A stretch of 64,000 bases of DNA, from the IMG/VR virus record IMGVR_UViG_3300018019_000008; one strand, given 5' to 3'. Position 1 is the first letter of the stretch, and every line of letters begins with the position of its first letter. The DNA comes from an uncultured virus (IMG/VR IMGVR_UViG_3300018019_000008). Its lineage: Duplodnaviria > Heunggongvirae > Uroviricota > Caudoviricetes. Below, piece by piece: positions 20,575 to 30,160 of this stretch. A model generated the notes under the pieces. It had not been told where the DNA came from. It saw only the letters and a list, made by a program, of their open reading frames with translations, and ran no database searches. A program made the position numbers and the translations under genes.

Positions 20575-20712
20575 ATTACTCATCCATCTCTTCTATTCGT
20601 CTTCCCCTATTTAAACGTTGCGGTTCGCTGTGTTCATACTGATTCTTTATATTTTCGAACGTATTTGCCCAAGTTTTCTGAGGCATTTCTTTCCTTTTAG
20701 GTCTATTTTTCC

Positions 20713-21246
20713 TCATATTTTTGTTGATTTTTCCACATCCTTATGCGGACATATTCCACCATTTCGTTCTTTTCCTAATTGGCAATCAGCACATAATACT
20801 TGAAGTCCTAAATTATCTGGAAATCCATGAAGTTTAAGCCAATAATAAAATCGCCAACCACCAGATATTTTAAGTTCTTTTCGCTGTTTTGCGCCGTCAT
20901 TATTAATATGGTCTATTGTAAGAAAATAAAGTTCTGGTTCGCCACAACAAGCACATTTCATAGTTCCGCTACTATAATGAGAAATAGTTTCAATAACTAA
21001 CTCTTTACGCCATTTCTTGGACTTTTTTCTTAATTCTTCTTTGTTATTTTTTCTATAGTTCTTTGAACGAAGATGTTGTTTATCTAATGTTTTACCATAA
21101 TGAAAACGATTTATTTCATTTTGGCAATCTTTACAATATGGTCTTACTCTTGGATTTACTCTCGGTCTAATTGTTCCACTTTTGGGTGATTTATGAAATT
21201 CAGATATATCTTTTATTTTATGACATTTTGCACATTCTTTCATCAC
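20713..21246 (-). CDS. HNH endonuclease (subfamily A) with N-terminal Zn finger
   Basis: CACCGE...FLTIDHINNDG...LQVLCADC; promoter at ~21279-21295. Confidence 0.85.
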   Translation of the reverse strand: MMKECAKCHKIKDISEFHKSPKSGTIRPRVNPRVRPYCKDCQNEINRFHYGKTLDKQHLRSKNYRKNNKEELRKKSKKWRKELVIETISHYSSGTMKCACCGEPELYFLTIDHINNDGAKQRKELKISGGWRFYYWLKLHGFPDNLGLQVLCADCQLGKERNGGICPHKDVEKSTKI

Positions 21247-21301
21247 GGAGTTTCACCACTATATAATCCGTGATTCAAATATATAAATCTTTCGGTTAAC
21301 T

Positions 21302-22468
21302 TTAACATTTTTTAATTTCCTTCCTTTTTTGATAAATAGGACATCCTGATTTCGAACAAATATTCAAGGCTTCTAAAGTAGTACATCTATATGGTTTCCA
21401 TTTTCCATTTTTCTCAATTTCAGGAACCTTATTTTTAAAAAACCACTCAACTTGGTCTCGACAAGTTTTCTCGTTAAAATCATGGAATTCTTTAAACAAG
21501 TTAACCATATCTTCTATAGTTTTATAACCAGCCCAATATCCTTCAAGCAATAATGCTAATCTCAATTGATGGCTTGCCTCACCACAATCCATCGCTTTCT
21601 GAAAACAATACCTGATTTTTCCAACAAACCCATGTTCCAATTCCCAATTTTCGGCGTTATTAGCTTGCTGTTCTTGTCTCGCCAATTCCGCTTCTACAGC
21701 CTTCTTTTTGTTATCTGCTATCACATCTCGCGCTTTGGCGACAGCACTAATCAAATTATCAGATTTCAATCCGCTGGTTCGATAATAGTCTATTCCTCTA
21801 AGTTTATCCTCTATAATTATACCGTGCTCAATCGACTTTATAAGAATACATTCTTCACCAGTTTCTTGATGCTTTGAAGTAGGAATTCTACAAAATCGTT
21901 TTACATCGCCGAGCACGGAAGTATCCATAAACTTGTAACCGTGCTTTTTGGTCTGAGCCTTTATGAATGGAAGCTGAAGTTGAAGATAGACTTCTTTAAT
22001 AAGGTCTTCATCTTCGGTGCCAAGAGCATATACTTTATCGAGAAAAATGTGAATGTGAAAACCGCGTCTGGTTTTTACTACCATTGGGACAATTTTTCTA
22101 AGTTCCTTGATGTAGTATAAAAAGTTTTCTACTTCTTTATAAAGACGCACTTTACGCTCTTCAAGTTTCTGCTCTGACCATTTTGCCATTTCTTTCTTTT
22201 TGCCAAAGTCAAAATCAAAAAAGATTTTCTCTATACCCAGAACTTTTTGGTATCTCTCAAATGGATTAACCGTAATGAATGCTGGAAATTTATTTTTCTC
22301 TGCAAACTCTATACATTCAAAGATGTCGTTCGGGTTATTGGTAAAATACCTTTTTCTTTCTTCGCACGGCGGATTACCTAATTCTCGTCCAAAATTACCG
22401 AAAAACTCTAAGAGAAATTCTTCTTTACTGATGTGGTCTTTGTCCATTTTTTGCCCACGTTTTTTCAA
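21302..22468 (-). CDS. Archaeo-eukaryotic primase, PriS catalytic domain fused to a PriL-like Fe-S domain
   Basis: FFDFD, TRRGFHIH, D..RFCRIP; C-terminal Cys at YCF and YRC...C...C. Confidence 0.8.
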   Translation of the reverse strand: MKKRGQKMDKDHISKEEFLLEFFGNFGRELGNPPCEERKRYFTNNPNDIFECIEFAEKNKFPAFITVNPFERYQKVLGIEKIFFDFDFGKKKEMAKWSEQKLEERKVRLYKEVENFLYYIKELRKIVPMVVKTRRGFHIHIFLDKVYALGTEDEDLIKEVYLQLQLPFIKAQTKKHGYKFMDTSVLGDVKRFCRIPTSKHQETGEECILIKSIEHGIIIEDKLRGIDYYRTSGLKSDNLISAVAKARDVIADNKKKAVEAELARQEQQANNAENWELEHGFVGKIRYCFQKAMDCGEASHQLRLALLLEGYWAGYKTIEDMVNLFKEFHDFNEKTCRDQVEWFFKNKVPEIEKNGKWKPYRCTTLEALNICSKSGCPIYQKRKEIKKC

Positions 22469-22919
22469 TGAAAATGAAATAGTCTTCCCAATTACTAAAG
22501 ACTTCTGTTGAAAGACCTGTCAACCAACTTGGCAATTCATTTGGTTTAAGACTTCTTTCAGTAATTACATAGATAGGCTTTTTGAGATAATATGCAAGAG
22601 TCGCTTCGCCGTAGCTTCCGCAAATTTCTGAGCTAAATTTAGGAATCCAAACAGTTAAGAAATCTGCAATTCCTACCATTTTCAGGTCTGTATTTATCAT
22701 ATAAGAACTAACAATAGTACGTGTTGTTCCAATGTCGCCTCTTTGGTTCGCGTCAAAAATCTCTTGTCTAACTTCATCAGTATTTCCTTCTATATTGAAG
22801 GGGTTCAAAGATTCTATTCCAAACTCTTTGAATTTAACCGTAACCATTTCTCTCCATTCTCGACATACACCGTTGTTTTTGAGGGAAATTGGACCAGTTA
22901 AATAGGTTTTAGGTTCCAT
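22425..22919 (-). CDS. Nucleoside 2-deoxyribosyltransferase-like protein
   Basis: YLTGPI, LNP, DLKMV..ADF, GSYGE..LAY...KPIY. Confidence 0.75.
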   Translation of the reverse strand: MEPKTYLTGPISLKNNGVCREWREMVTVKFKEFGIESLNPFNIEGNTDEVRQEIFDANQRGDIGTTRTIVSSYMINTDLKMVGIADFLTVWIPKFSSEICGSYGEATLAYYLKKPIYVITERSLKPNELPSWLTGLSTEVFSNWEDYFIFIEKTWAKNGQRPHQ

Positions 22920-23337
22920 TTTTACTCATCTCCAATATTTTTTTCGCTAATGTTATATCTTGTTCCTTTAATCTTCTTAATGTTTCTTCGAGCACACTTA
23001 TAAACTTTGCTCGTGGTTCGCCTCTAAGTTGTTCAGCAACCATAGCAACTCTTTTTGGGCTTGCATAAACTAATGCTCTAATAGCATCTGCAATTTGATG
23101 ACAACCAAAACAAAGTTCGCTCGTGTTCTCAAGAGCTAAGAGAGGATTCTCTTGAACCGTTTTTGGCTGATAAGCATACCACCAATGATGAAGTGCAGTT
23201 ACTTTAATCTCACCTAATGCAACGCTTTTTCCGCAAGCATCACATTTATGTTTTCTGGGGTCAAATGGTAAAGTGACAATTACGCCGCCACCATGAGCAG
23301 TTTCATAACGTATTTTATAACCTTTCTTTTCAGACAT
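22909..23337 (-). CDS. HNH-like Zn-binding protein
   Basis: CDAC...LHHW...LCFGCH. The start is probably ATG 23337, coupled to the upstream ORF, rather than 23505. Confidence 0.55.
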   Translation of the reverse strand: MSEKKGYKIRYETAHGGGVIVTLPFDPRKHKCDACGKSVALGEIKVTALHHWWYAYQPKTVQENPLLALENTSELCFGCHQIADAIRALVYASPKRVAMVAEQLRGEPRAKFISVLEETLRRLKEQDITLAKKILEMSKNGT

Positions 23338-23587
23338 CTCTTTTCCTACCTGTTTTTTGCTCCCAAAGTTCGAATCCATAAGTTGCGATATAGGTTCTAT
23401 CTTCTTCGCTGAGGGTTCTGAGCCATTTTCGGCGTGTTTTGAGCCAATCAGGTTCGGGTTCTTGTTGGGGTTGATTATTTGACTCATATTGTTCTTCCTC
23501 ATCAACTATATGCTTTTTCTCAGGTTGCTCTATTATTTTTGATGGTTCTTCTACTGGTTTAACAAGTGGTTTCGGCATCGCTCTCAT
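23330..23587 (-). CDS. Hypothetical protein
   Basis: Fills the gap between two HNH-like genes with short overlaps. Confidence 0.45.
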   Translation of the reverse strand: MRAMPKPLVKPVEEPSKIIEQPEKKHIVDEEEQYESNNQPQQEPEPDWLKTRRKWLRTLSEEDRTYIATYGFELWEQKTGRKRDV

Positions 23588-24041
23588 CCTTTAATTCCTT
23601 TTGTTTATGAGGACAAATTCCATTATTTATTTGTCTTCCTTGATTACAATTATGACACATTACTTGATAACCTTCTGGATAACCTTGTTTTATTAACCAA
23701 GCATAAAAATCTGCACCAATAAGACCTATTTGTTTTCTTTCTTCTGCTCCATTATTATTAATATGGTCTATACCTAAAAATTCAATTATTGTTTCGCCAC
23801 AACAGACACATTTAGGAACAATATTATCTCTACTATAATAAGTTAAAACTTTTAATTTATTTTTTTGATGATATTTTCTTCTGGCTTTTTTAGTCTTATC
23901 TTTATTATTTATTTGCCAATTACTTCTATATTCCTTATAGAAATCATTACAACACTTTTTAGAACAGAATTTTTGACGACCTTTTTGATGTTTACTCTCT
24001 TGAAATTCTTTACCACAGTTTGGATTTGCACATTTTAACAC
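23559..24041 (-). CDS. HNH endonuclease (subfamily A)
   Basis: CVCCGE...IDHINNNG...YQVMCHNCN; promoter at ~24078-24094. Confidence 0.85.
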   Translation of the reverse strand: MLKCANPNCGKEFQESKHQKGRQKFCSKKCCNDFYKEYRSNWQINNKDKTKKARRKYHQKNKLKVLTYYSRDNIVPKCVCCGETIIEFLGIDHINNNGAEERKQIGLIGADFYAWLIKQGYPEGYQVMCHNCNQGRQINNGICPHKQKELKDESDAETTC

Positions 24042-24088
24042 TTTTTATTTCACCATTATAATATAATTAATGTTCTAATATATAAATG

Positions 24089-24481
24089 TTATGGTTTATC
24101 TATGTCGTCAGACTTATCTTTTGTGTCACAATACATATTTTCCCAACATTCACCATGAAAATAAAGATGCTTGCTACGATGATGTTTCGAAACTACAAAT
24201 TGAGTCCATACAATAAGTTCTAAAGAAACTTGAGATTTACAAATAGGACATTTGAATATAGACTTCTGAGTTGTCTCTTGAAATTCTAAATCATCTGGGT
24301 AAGTAATTGACGCACCACAACTCGGACATTTGGCAGTCCCCATAACAACGATTTCTCTTCCGAATCCTTTGCCGCCAAGTTCGAAAATACAATGAGCGGC
24401 ACAACATTTAAGTGCGCCGTCCTTGAACATTCCTCTACCCCGAAGGATAGATTCAATATGTGGTGTATAGAAAAAACCCAT
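24089..24481 (-). CDS. Zn-finger protein
   Basis: CPSC, CPIC and HxxC motifs. Confidence 0.55.
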   Translation of the reverse strand: MGFFYTPHIESILRGRGMFKDGALKCCAAHCIFELGGKGFGREIVVMGTAKCPSCGASITYPDDLEFQETTQKSIFKCPICKSQVSLELIVWTQFVVSKHHRSKHLYFHGECWENMYCDTKDKSDDIDKP

Positions 24482-24483
24482 TT

Positions 24484-25437
24484 CTATTCAGCTTCTTCAG
24501 TTGTCTTTTTGCCTCTTGGGTCTTTTAATGCTTCTGATTGTTTCTTTTCATAGTCTTCGGTCTTTTCTAAGAGTTTCTTGCCCGCTTCTGTCTCTGGAAT
24601 GTCTTCTATTCCTTTGTTTGTTATCATGTATGGTCGTTCAGCTAAAGGCTTCCAATCTGAATCAGTTAACCGTGCAACGCGAGTAATTCCTATTCCACGT
24701 CTTAGAAACATAACGTAGCTGGCTTGGTGTTCTATTGATGCGCCGCCGACTGCTCTGAAATTTGCCCATTCTGGCAAAAATGAGTTAGCATTTGGAGATT
24801 CATATATCTGTGTCGTGAATATCAAAGCGCATTCGAAAACTTTAGCGATTTCTGTTCCTGTAATCATTAGTTCTCTGATTGGGGGCTGTTTATTTTGAAG
24901 TTCTTGTCTGCCAGCGAATTCAATTCCACGGAATAGTTTAGTTACTGAGTCAATGATAATCAATCCAATTTTACCGCAGTCTGTAGGAGATGGTAACTGT
25001 CCCATAGTCATCAAAAGTTCAACCCAATTCTGTGGTTGGAAAAGTTTGATTTTCTGGAAGACAATTTTATAGTCTAATTCTCGTGCATCACAGATTTCTT
25101 TTATTCTGGACCATCTGAATGAACCTTCGCAATCTACATATACTACTATATCGGGGCAAAGAACACATGCTGTAAAGCAAGTTTCGGTTTTTCCAGAACC
25201 ATATTCGCCATAAAGAAGAATTGATGCACCAACTTCGATTCCGCCGCCCAGCATTTCATCAATGATAGTTCCAGTTTTAATTTTAGTTTGAGTTTGTTCT
25301 CTCTCCAATGCTTTGAATGGGTCAACGGGTGTTATTGTTGCGCCTTTTTTGGATTTGTAGAAATCGATGATTCTCTTTGTTTTTAGGTCGGCGAATTCGC
25401 CAACAATGTCAGCAATATTCTTTATTGATTCTGGCAT
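24484..25437 (-). CDS. radA: RadA/Rad51-family recombinase
   Basis: IKTG..IDEMLGGGIE, GEYGSGKT, YVDCEGSF, IIIDS, FRGIEFAGRQEL. Confidence 0.88.
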   Translation of the reverse strand: MPESIKNIADIVGEFADLKTKRIIDFYKSKKGATITPVDPFKALEREQTQTKIKTGTIIDEMLGGGIEVGASILLYGEYGSGKTETCFTACVLCPDIVVYVDCEGSFRWSRIKEICDARELDYKIVFQKIKLFQPQNWVELLMTMGQLPSPTDCGKIGLIIIDSVTKLFRGIEFAGRQELQNKQPPIRELMITGTEIAKVFECALIFTTQIYESPNANSFLPEWANFRAVGGASIEHQASYVMFLRRGIGITRVARLTDSDWKPLAERPYMITNKGIEDIPETEAGKKLLEKTEDYEKKQSEALKDPRGKKTTEEAE

Positions 25438-25748
25438 TAAGTTGACACTCCGCTAATTTTTCCCATAAATCTATCAATTACTTCTCTCTCATGGTCCCAA
25501 TTTTCTTGGAAAAGAATTCCCATTTTTTGTTGAACCTTCCAACTGAATTCGCCTGTACCTACCCATGTACCGCCTTGATTACGTTTCTTTTCTTTCCATT
25601 GCCAGAGGTACACCATAACTTTGTCGTGCCCGAAAGCATTAACAAGAGCGACAGCACACCACCATTTGCTTGTTTTATAGATGTTTTCATATTCCTTTAC
25701 GTTGAGGTTTTCATCAACTGGAAGAGTTTCTTTTTGGTTTTCAGTCAT
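25437..25748 (-). CDS. Hypothetical protein, possibly a PC4-like ssDNA binder
   Basis: Trp-rich beta pattern plus a C-terminal helix; coupled to radA. Confidence 0.35.
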   Translation of the reverse strand: MTENQKETLPVDENLNVKEYENIYKTSKWWCAVALVNAFGHDKVMVYLWQWKEKKRNQGGTWVGTGEFSWKVQQKMGILFQENWDHEREVIDRFMGKISGVST

Positions 25749-25754
25749 TTTTTA

Positions 25755-26237
25755 TCAACTCGTATATTTTGAAGATTGTTCTGTTGCGATTTTTTTCTTC
25801 ATCGCTTCTTGTGCCGCCGCAACTTGCGACATACAATTGAGGACATATTTTGTTCCATTTATCCTCATATAGAGGTCCTGATGAATCTCTGATAACATAC
25901 CATAGCAATCGTAACCAGTAACTTGTAAATTATCGAGAAATACTCCTAAGATTCCTCTTGCCAAAATGAGGCGTTTATTAACATTATCTTTTACTTCTGG
26001 TCCAGTATTGCATTCGTGTGCTAAAAACACGGCTAATATTTGAAGGGAATGATTAAGAGCCTTGTATTCAGGACTCATATCTTGTGGTCCGTCCCAAACT
26101 TTTTGATTGTCTGGAACAGTTATATTTGAAATTTCTTTAAAAAGATTTTGAACATCTATGTCCAAATGAAGTATTTCATTCTTTTTCTCTACCACTTTCT
26201 GCTCTTCTTTATTTGGTTCTTCGGTCAAATTAGACAC
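25755..26237 (-). CDS. Hypothetical protein
   Basis: 160-aa ORF in an operon. Confidence 0.55.
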   Translation of the reverse strand: MSNLTEEPNKEEQKVVEKKNEILHLDIDVQNLFKEISNITVPDNQKVWDGPQDMSPEYKALNHSLQILAVFLAHECNTGPEVKDNVNKRLILARGILGVFLDNLQVTGYDCYGMLSEIHQDLYMRINGTKYVLNCMSQVAAAQEAMKKKIATEQSSKYTS

Positions 26238-26565
26238 ATCCTCTGTTCATATATTCTTCGGTTGCAGAAACAATGAAAGCTCTAATTGGGTGTCCCTCTA
26301 TAATTATCCTATAGATTGGAGTAACTTTGTCAATAAGCGTTAATATTGCTAAGAGCTTAGATTCAGTAATCGGACAATTCTCATCACGAGAAAATCCGCT
26401 AAATTCTAAGCGAACTTGACCAGTAATCGCTTTGCAAGTATCTTGATTTGTGGTTATCCAGATGTATAATGTCATCGGAAGAGTAGAAATCAGAATACCA
26501 GATTCAGAAGCATAATCGTGAATAGCACGAAACACCGTTTGCAAGTTCTCAAGTTTCTTTCCCAT
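26230..26565 (-). CDS. Hypothetical protein
   Basis: First gene after the promoter motif at ~26598-26614. Confidence 0.55.
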   Translation of the reverse strand: MGKKLENLQTVFRAIHDYASESGILISTLPMTLYIWITTNQDTCKAITGQVRLEFSGFSRDENCPITESKLLAILTLIDKVTPIYRIIIEGHPIRAFIVSATEEYMNRGCV

Positions 26566-26614
26566 TACATTTCACTACAAAGAAGATTGCTGTTCTACTA
26601 TTTAAACCTTGCGG

Positions 26615-26926
26615 TTACCACTTAATTTTGTCAAATCCCATATAAGACCCTATCGCATTGTGGATGTAAATAACACCGTAAAATTGGGCATTAGGGTTAC
26701 GATTCAAAAAGATTTCGACTTCTATTGGATTATTTAGTTCTATGATTTTAAGAATATTCGGAGAAGCAGTCATACTACTAGAAATTTTATCCCAAACAAT
26801 GCTTTCATTCCAAAAAATTTTAATATATTTCCATTGATTGATTCCTGTTCCAAAAGGGTATTTATGGAGCGTTTCAATAAGGATTTCTCGGCTGGTAAAT
26901 TCGGCTTCGGGCATATTTTTAATCAC
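26615..26926 (-). CDS. Hypothetical protein
   Basis: GGTGA RBS lies inside the palindrome at 26919-26934. Confidence 0.5.
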   Translation of the reverse strand: MIKNMPEAEFTSREILIETLHKYPFGTGINQWKYIKIFWNESIVWDKISSSMTASPNILKIIELNNPIEVEIFLNRNPNAQFYGVIYIHNAIGSYMGFDKIKW

Positions 26927-26934
26927 CTGATTAA
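26919..26934. promoter_or_regulatory. Palindromic operator-like site
   Basis: TTAATCACCTGATTAA at a gene junction. Confidence 0.6.
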
Positions 26935-27245
26935 TATTGGTTAAAAACCATTACGGGAATTTCTTTCCATCCTAATTCCCGCAACGCCTTTATTCTATGT
27001 ACACCCTCAACAAGTCTATAAGTGCCATCACCATTAGAAATAACCCACAATCGCTCTTTTAAACCGTTATTTTTTATATTTTCTTTTAATTCCTCACAAT
27101 TAACATTTAAAACAAATTGATTGGTTATTTTTTCTATCGAAACCATTTCCTCATGCCATTTATAAGATGAGGGATTAGTCTGGGACATTAAAGCCGCCGC
27201 CCTCTTGAGTATTTGGTGTTCCACCTGAAGTTTCTGAGCCAGCAC
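26931..27245 (-). CDS. ParB/Srx-like N-terminal domain protein
   Basis: LKENIKNNGL...YRLVEGVHRIKALRELG..EIPV. Confidence 0.8.
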   Translation of the reverse strand: MLAQKLQVEHQILKRAAALMSQTNPSSYKWHEEMVSIEKITNQFVLNVNCEELKENIKNNGLKERLWVISNGDGTYRLVEGVHRIKALRELGWKEIPVMVFNQY

Positions 27246-27873
27246 CTTCCACTACAAAAACCTCTCCACCGCTTACAGTAGGAAGTGGGGCACCTAATGT
27301 TCTTCGCACTAATACCATTCCAGTAATTATCATCCGTGTTAATCTTTTTGGTCCACGGTCAGGCTCGGATTCTCGCGCCATTACATGAGTAAAATGAACA
27401 ATTCCAGAAGTTGAATCTCCCGTAAAAGTTAAAAGAGCATCAACTATGTTATCGGCAATATCAGCCGCCGTTCTTACTTGAGGAATAGCTTCGTTTTCAT
27501 CATCCACATCTTCGAATAATTGCCAAGTTTTTTCTCCCCAAACATGTGCGGTAAACGGATACATTACGAACATACCTCGTTGGTTACCAGCCATTTGACG
27601 ACCATAGATTTTTTCTGTATCATCTTCATTGCCAACTCTAAGAGTTACAACTGGATAATTGTCTATCAAATAGGGTATTGGAGTTTTCCAGTTAGGAAGA
27701 ACATGAACAGGTACAGGTTGTAAAAGTGCATCTGCACTACCGATAATTGCTTGTATTGCCTGTATAACTAACGTTATTCTACCCTGTTTATTAGGCTGTT
27801 TTGTAAGTTGAACGTCCAATCCCGCTGTGCTTCTATGTTTGTATGGCGGTGATGAAGATGATGTTCTCGGCAT
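27175..27873 (-). CDS. Probable tail terminator/head completion protein
   Basis: Position after the adaptor; YPVVTLRV...FTAHVW...ADIADNIVDAL pattern. Confidence 0.45.
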   Translation of the reverse strand: MPRTSSSSPPYKHRSTAGLDVQLTKQPNKQGRITLVIQAIQAIIGSADALLQPVPVHVLPNWKTPIPYLIDNYPVVTLRVGNEDDTEKIYGRQMAGNQRGMFVMYPFTAHVWGEKTWQLFEDVDDENEAIPQVRTAADIADNIVDALLTFTGDSTSGIVHFTHVMARESEPDRGPKRLTRMIITGMVLVRRTLGAPLPTVSGGEVFVVEGAGSETSGGTPNTQEGGGFNVPD

Positions 27874-27875
27874 GG

Positions 27876-29996
27876 TTAACCCTCTGCACCAAATCCAGTA
27901 GATGCTCTGAATCCTATTTCAGCTATGAACATTTCGACTTCTCTTTCAAGACGAGCTTTAGTAAATTCCAAAGTTTCCTTGTCTGGTCCCGTATTAAGTT
28001 CATCGGAACTTTGTGTAAATGCTGTTGCTCTTTGTCTGATACCTATGAGATATTCGAGTAGAAGTATGCCAGCCATCTTTGCTGAACCAATGCTTATGTT
28101 TTCGGGTACTTCTTGTTTGAACGGGTCAAATGAATATGTTACTTCGAATTCGTCAGCAATCGCGGCAATTTCACTTCTTGACCAGCATATATAGCCTTTA
28201 GGTGCAGTAAAGAATATTCCATCGTTCCAGTTATAGTTGTCAATCCAGAATGTGCACGGTCTGTCAACTTCTATAGTGAAATATTGAACAGGAACGAAAA
28301 CCCAATTTACACCACCCGCGTAGAGATTCATAAGCATAAATTTCAGAGAAACAGTTTGCCAAGTATATGGTATAGCTGGATTCAAGTTTAGTGTTTGATT
28401 GAAATTGTTGTTTCCACAATAGAATTGTTGATAAATAGTTCGTCCGATAACATCATACATCCTGAAAGTAAATGATGCGTCTGGGTCACTTGTTTTCATC
28501 CACATTGAGAAGTAATCCCACGGATATTGCATCTTCGATAAGTTTCTTGTTGCTGGAAAGATGATTACGCCGCCAGTTTCGTTTGTTACTGTGCATTTAA
28601 GGCTTGCTCTACCAGCCATAAAATCGCTTGTATCTTGAACGAGCGTAGTTGTTGGCGGACTACCAACGCGAGAGGTTGGTTCAGCTAAAGTATTAGAGGC
28701 AGATGCGCCAGTAGCATAAGCCCAATTTATTGTGATTCCCGCTGGAAAATTCACCGTTGCAGTATAAGTTAATTGGTTTACTGAATTAATTATTGCCATT
28801 GTTGAGATTATACATGTCTTATCAACATTATCATATGATACTATTGTTCCCATAGCACCAAGACCAAATGAGGCAATTCGATATTGCGGTGTAGCATTTG
28901 CAACATTAGGATTTTCTGAAAACCCGTAAAGTATAGTAGTACCTATATCTGCATCTGTAAATGAAATTGAATTAGTGAAAGTTAATTGAATCTGACGCGG
29001 AAGGTCGTCAGTAGTCCATTGTTTTCCATTTATTGAGCTTTCTTGGCTCACAACTGTAATGTCTTCTGTCAAATCATCACAATTTTTCGGGAATGGATAT
29101 TTTAACCGTCTCTTATTTGAATAAATAGCGAAAACTTTTTCTACTCGGTCAGTCGGGTCATAGAAATCAAAGAATTCGTACTCATCTTCCCACGGTCCTA
29201 ATTGTCTGAATTGTTCGTTAAAATGAAAAACGTGGTATTCCTTTCTGATTGTGTAAGGAAGACCCATATGATGACGAATTCTTTGGTCAGAGAGTTTGAT
29301 ATAGCCATATATGAGGTTAGAAACATCAATTGCGCCTTTGCCACTACCCATCATTTTTTGAACTATAGTTGAATTCATTCCTGTAACCGAATATACCTGT
29401 TGTTCGGTGCAATAATAACCTAATGATGTTGTTGAAATCATCTGGTTTTCTTGTCTGGTTTGTGGTGAAGCCGCTGGAAGACCCCATACTTCAAACAGAC
29501 CAACTTGTGATGTAATTAAAGTCCAAGTATTACCGCCGTCAGTAGAAGTACCGAAAGATTGGTCAAAAGAAACTGGTGCATATCCCCATGTAACATAATC
29601 GCTTCCATCACCTGTCGCACTCAGAACAATAACATATAACGTATCTGGCGATAAAACAATTGGAAATGGAAGAATTATTATTTGCCATACTGGTGTACCA
29701 CTTGAAAATAATGAAGGGTCAACTGCTATAGTTTCCAAAGGAATTCCAGTAGGAAGTTCAGTAACGGGGTCTGCAACGAAAATGTTGATATAGAGTAAAG
29801 ATGGACTACCAACTTTGGCAAGATATAATTTAAGTAAAAGAATGCTATGGCTGTCGGCACAATTGAAAATTTGCATAGCTTCATTCATACCCCAAATGGA
29901 TTGTACAGCAAAACCAGAAGTGTTATTAAAATACTCAAATCTATGAGAAGTACGTGGATTTTCATTTGGATTTAGATTATTGTTTGGACTTGCCAT
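27876..29996 (-). CDS. Head-tail adaptor-like protein with added beta-sandwich domains
   Basis: Directly downstream of the capsid gene; YCTEQQV and C-terminal VTYSF...VPENISIGSAKMA motifs. Confidence 0.5.
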   Translation of the reverse strand: MASPNNNLNPNENPRTSHRFEYFNNTSGFAVQSIWGMNEAMQIFNCADSHSILLLKLYLAKVGSPSLLYINIFVADPVTELPTGIPLETIAVDPSLFSSGTPVWQIIILPFPIVLSPDTLYVIVLSATGDGSDYVTWGYAPVSFDQSFGTSTDGGNTWTLITSQVGLFEVWGLPAASPQTRQENQMISTTSLGYYCTEQQVYSVTGMNSTIVQKMMGSGKGAIDVSNLIYGYIKLSDQRIRHHMGLPYTIRKEYHVFHFNEQFRQLGPWEDEYEFFDFYDPTDRVEKVFAIYSNKRRLKYPFPKNCDDLTEDITVVSQESSINGKQWTTDDLPRQIQLTFTNSISFTDADIGTTILYGFSENPNVANATPQYRIASFGLGAMGTIVSYDNVDKTCIISTMAIINSVNQLTYTATVNFPAGITINWAYATGASASNTLAEPTSRVGSPPTTTLVQDTSDFMAGRASLKCTVTNETGGVIIFPATRNLSKMQYPWDYFSMWMKTSDPDASFTFRMYDVIGRTIYQQFYCGNNNFNQTLNLNPAIPYTWQTVSLKFMLMNLYAGGVNWVFVPVQYFTIEVDRPCTFWIDNYNWNDGIFFTAPKGYICWSRSEIAAIADEFEVTYSFDPFKQEVPENISIGSAKMAGILLLEYLIGIRQRATAFTQSSDELNTGPDKETLEFTKARLEREVEMFIAEIGFRASTGFGAEG

Positions 29997-30116
29997 TTCA
30001 ACACTTCCTTTACGATGCCCGCTTATTCAGCCCGCACCCTAATGATTAATATGAATATAAATGTCCTTTATAAATGTTTCGGCTAAAAAATACATTTATT
30101 GTTTAAAATTTAAATT

Positions 30117-30132
30117 AAAAAAGAAAAAGGGG
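30117..30132 (-). terminator. Oligo-T terminator after the capsid gene
   Basis: CCCCTTTTTCTTTTTT on the minus strand; similar C-run/T-run motifs at ~16907, 36613 and 37515. Confidence 0.55.
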
Positions 30133-30160
30133 TGAAGTTTATTCTGCCTTTTCGGTTAGC

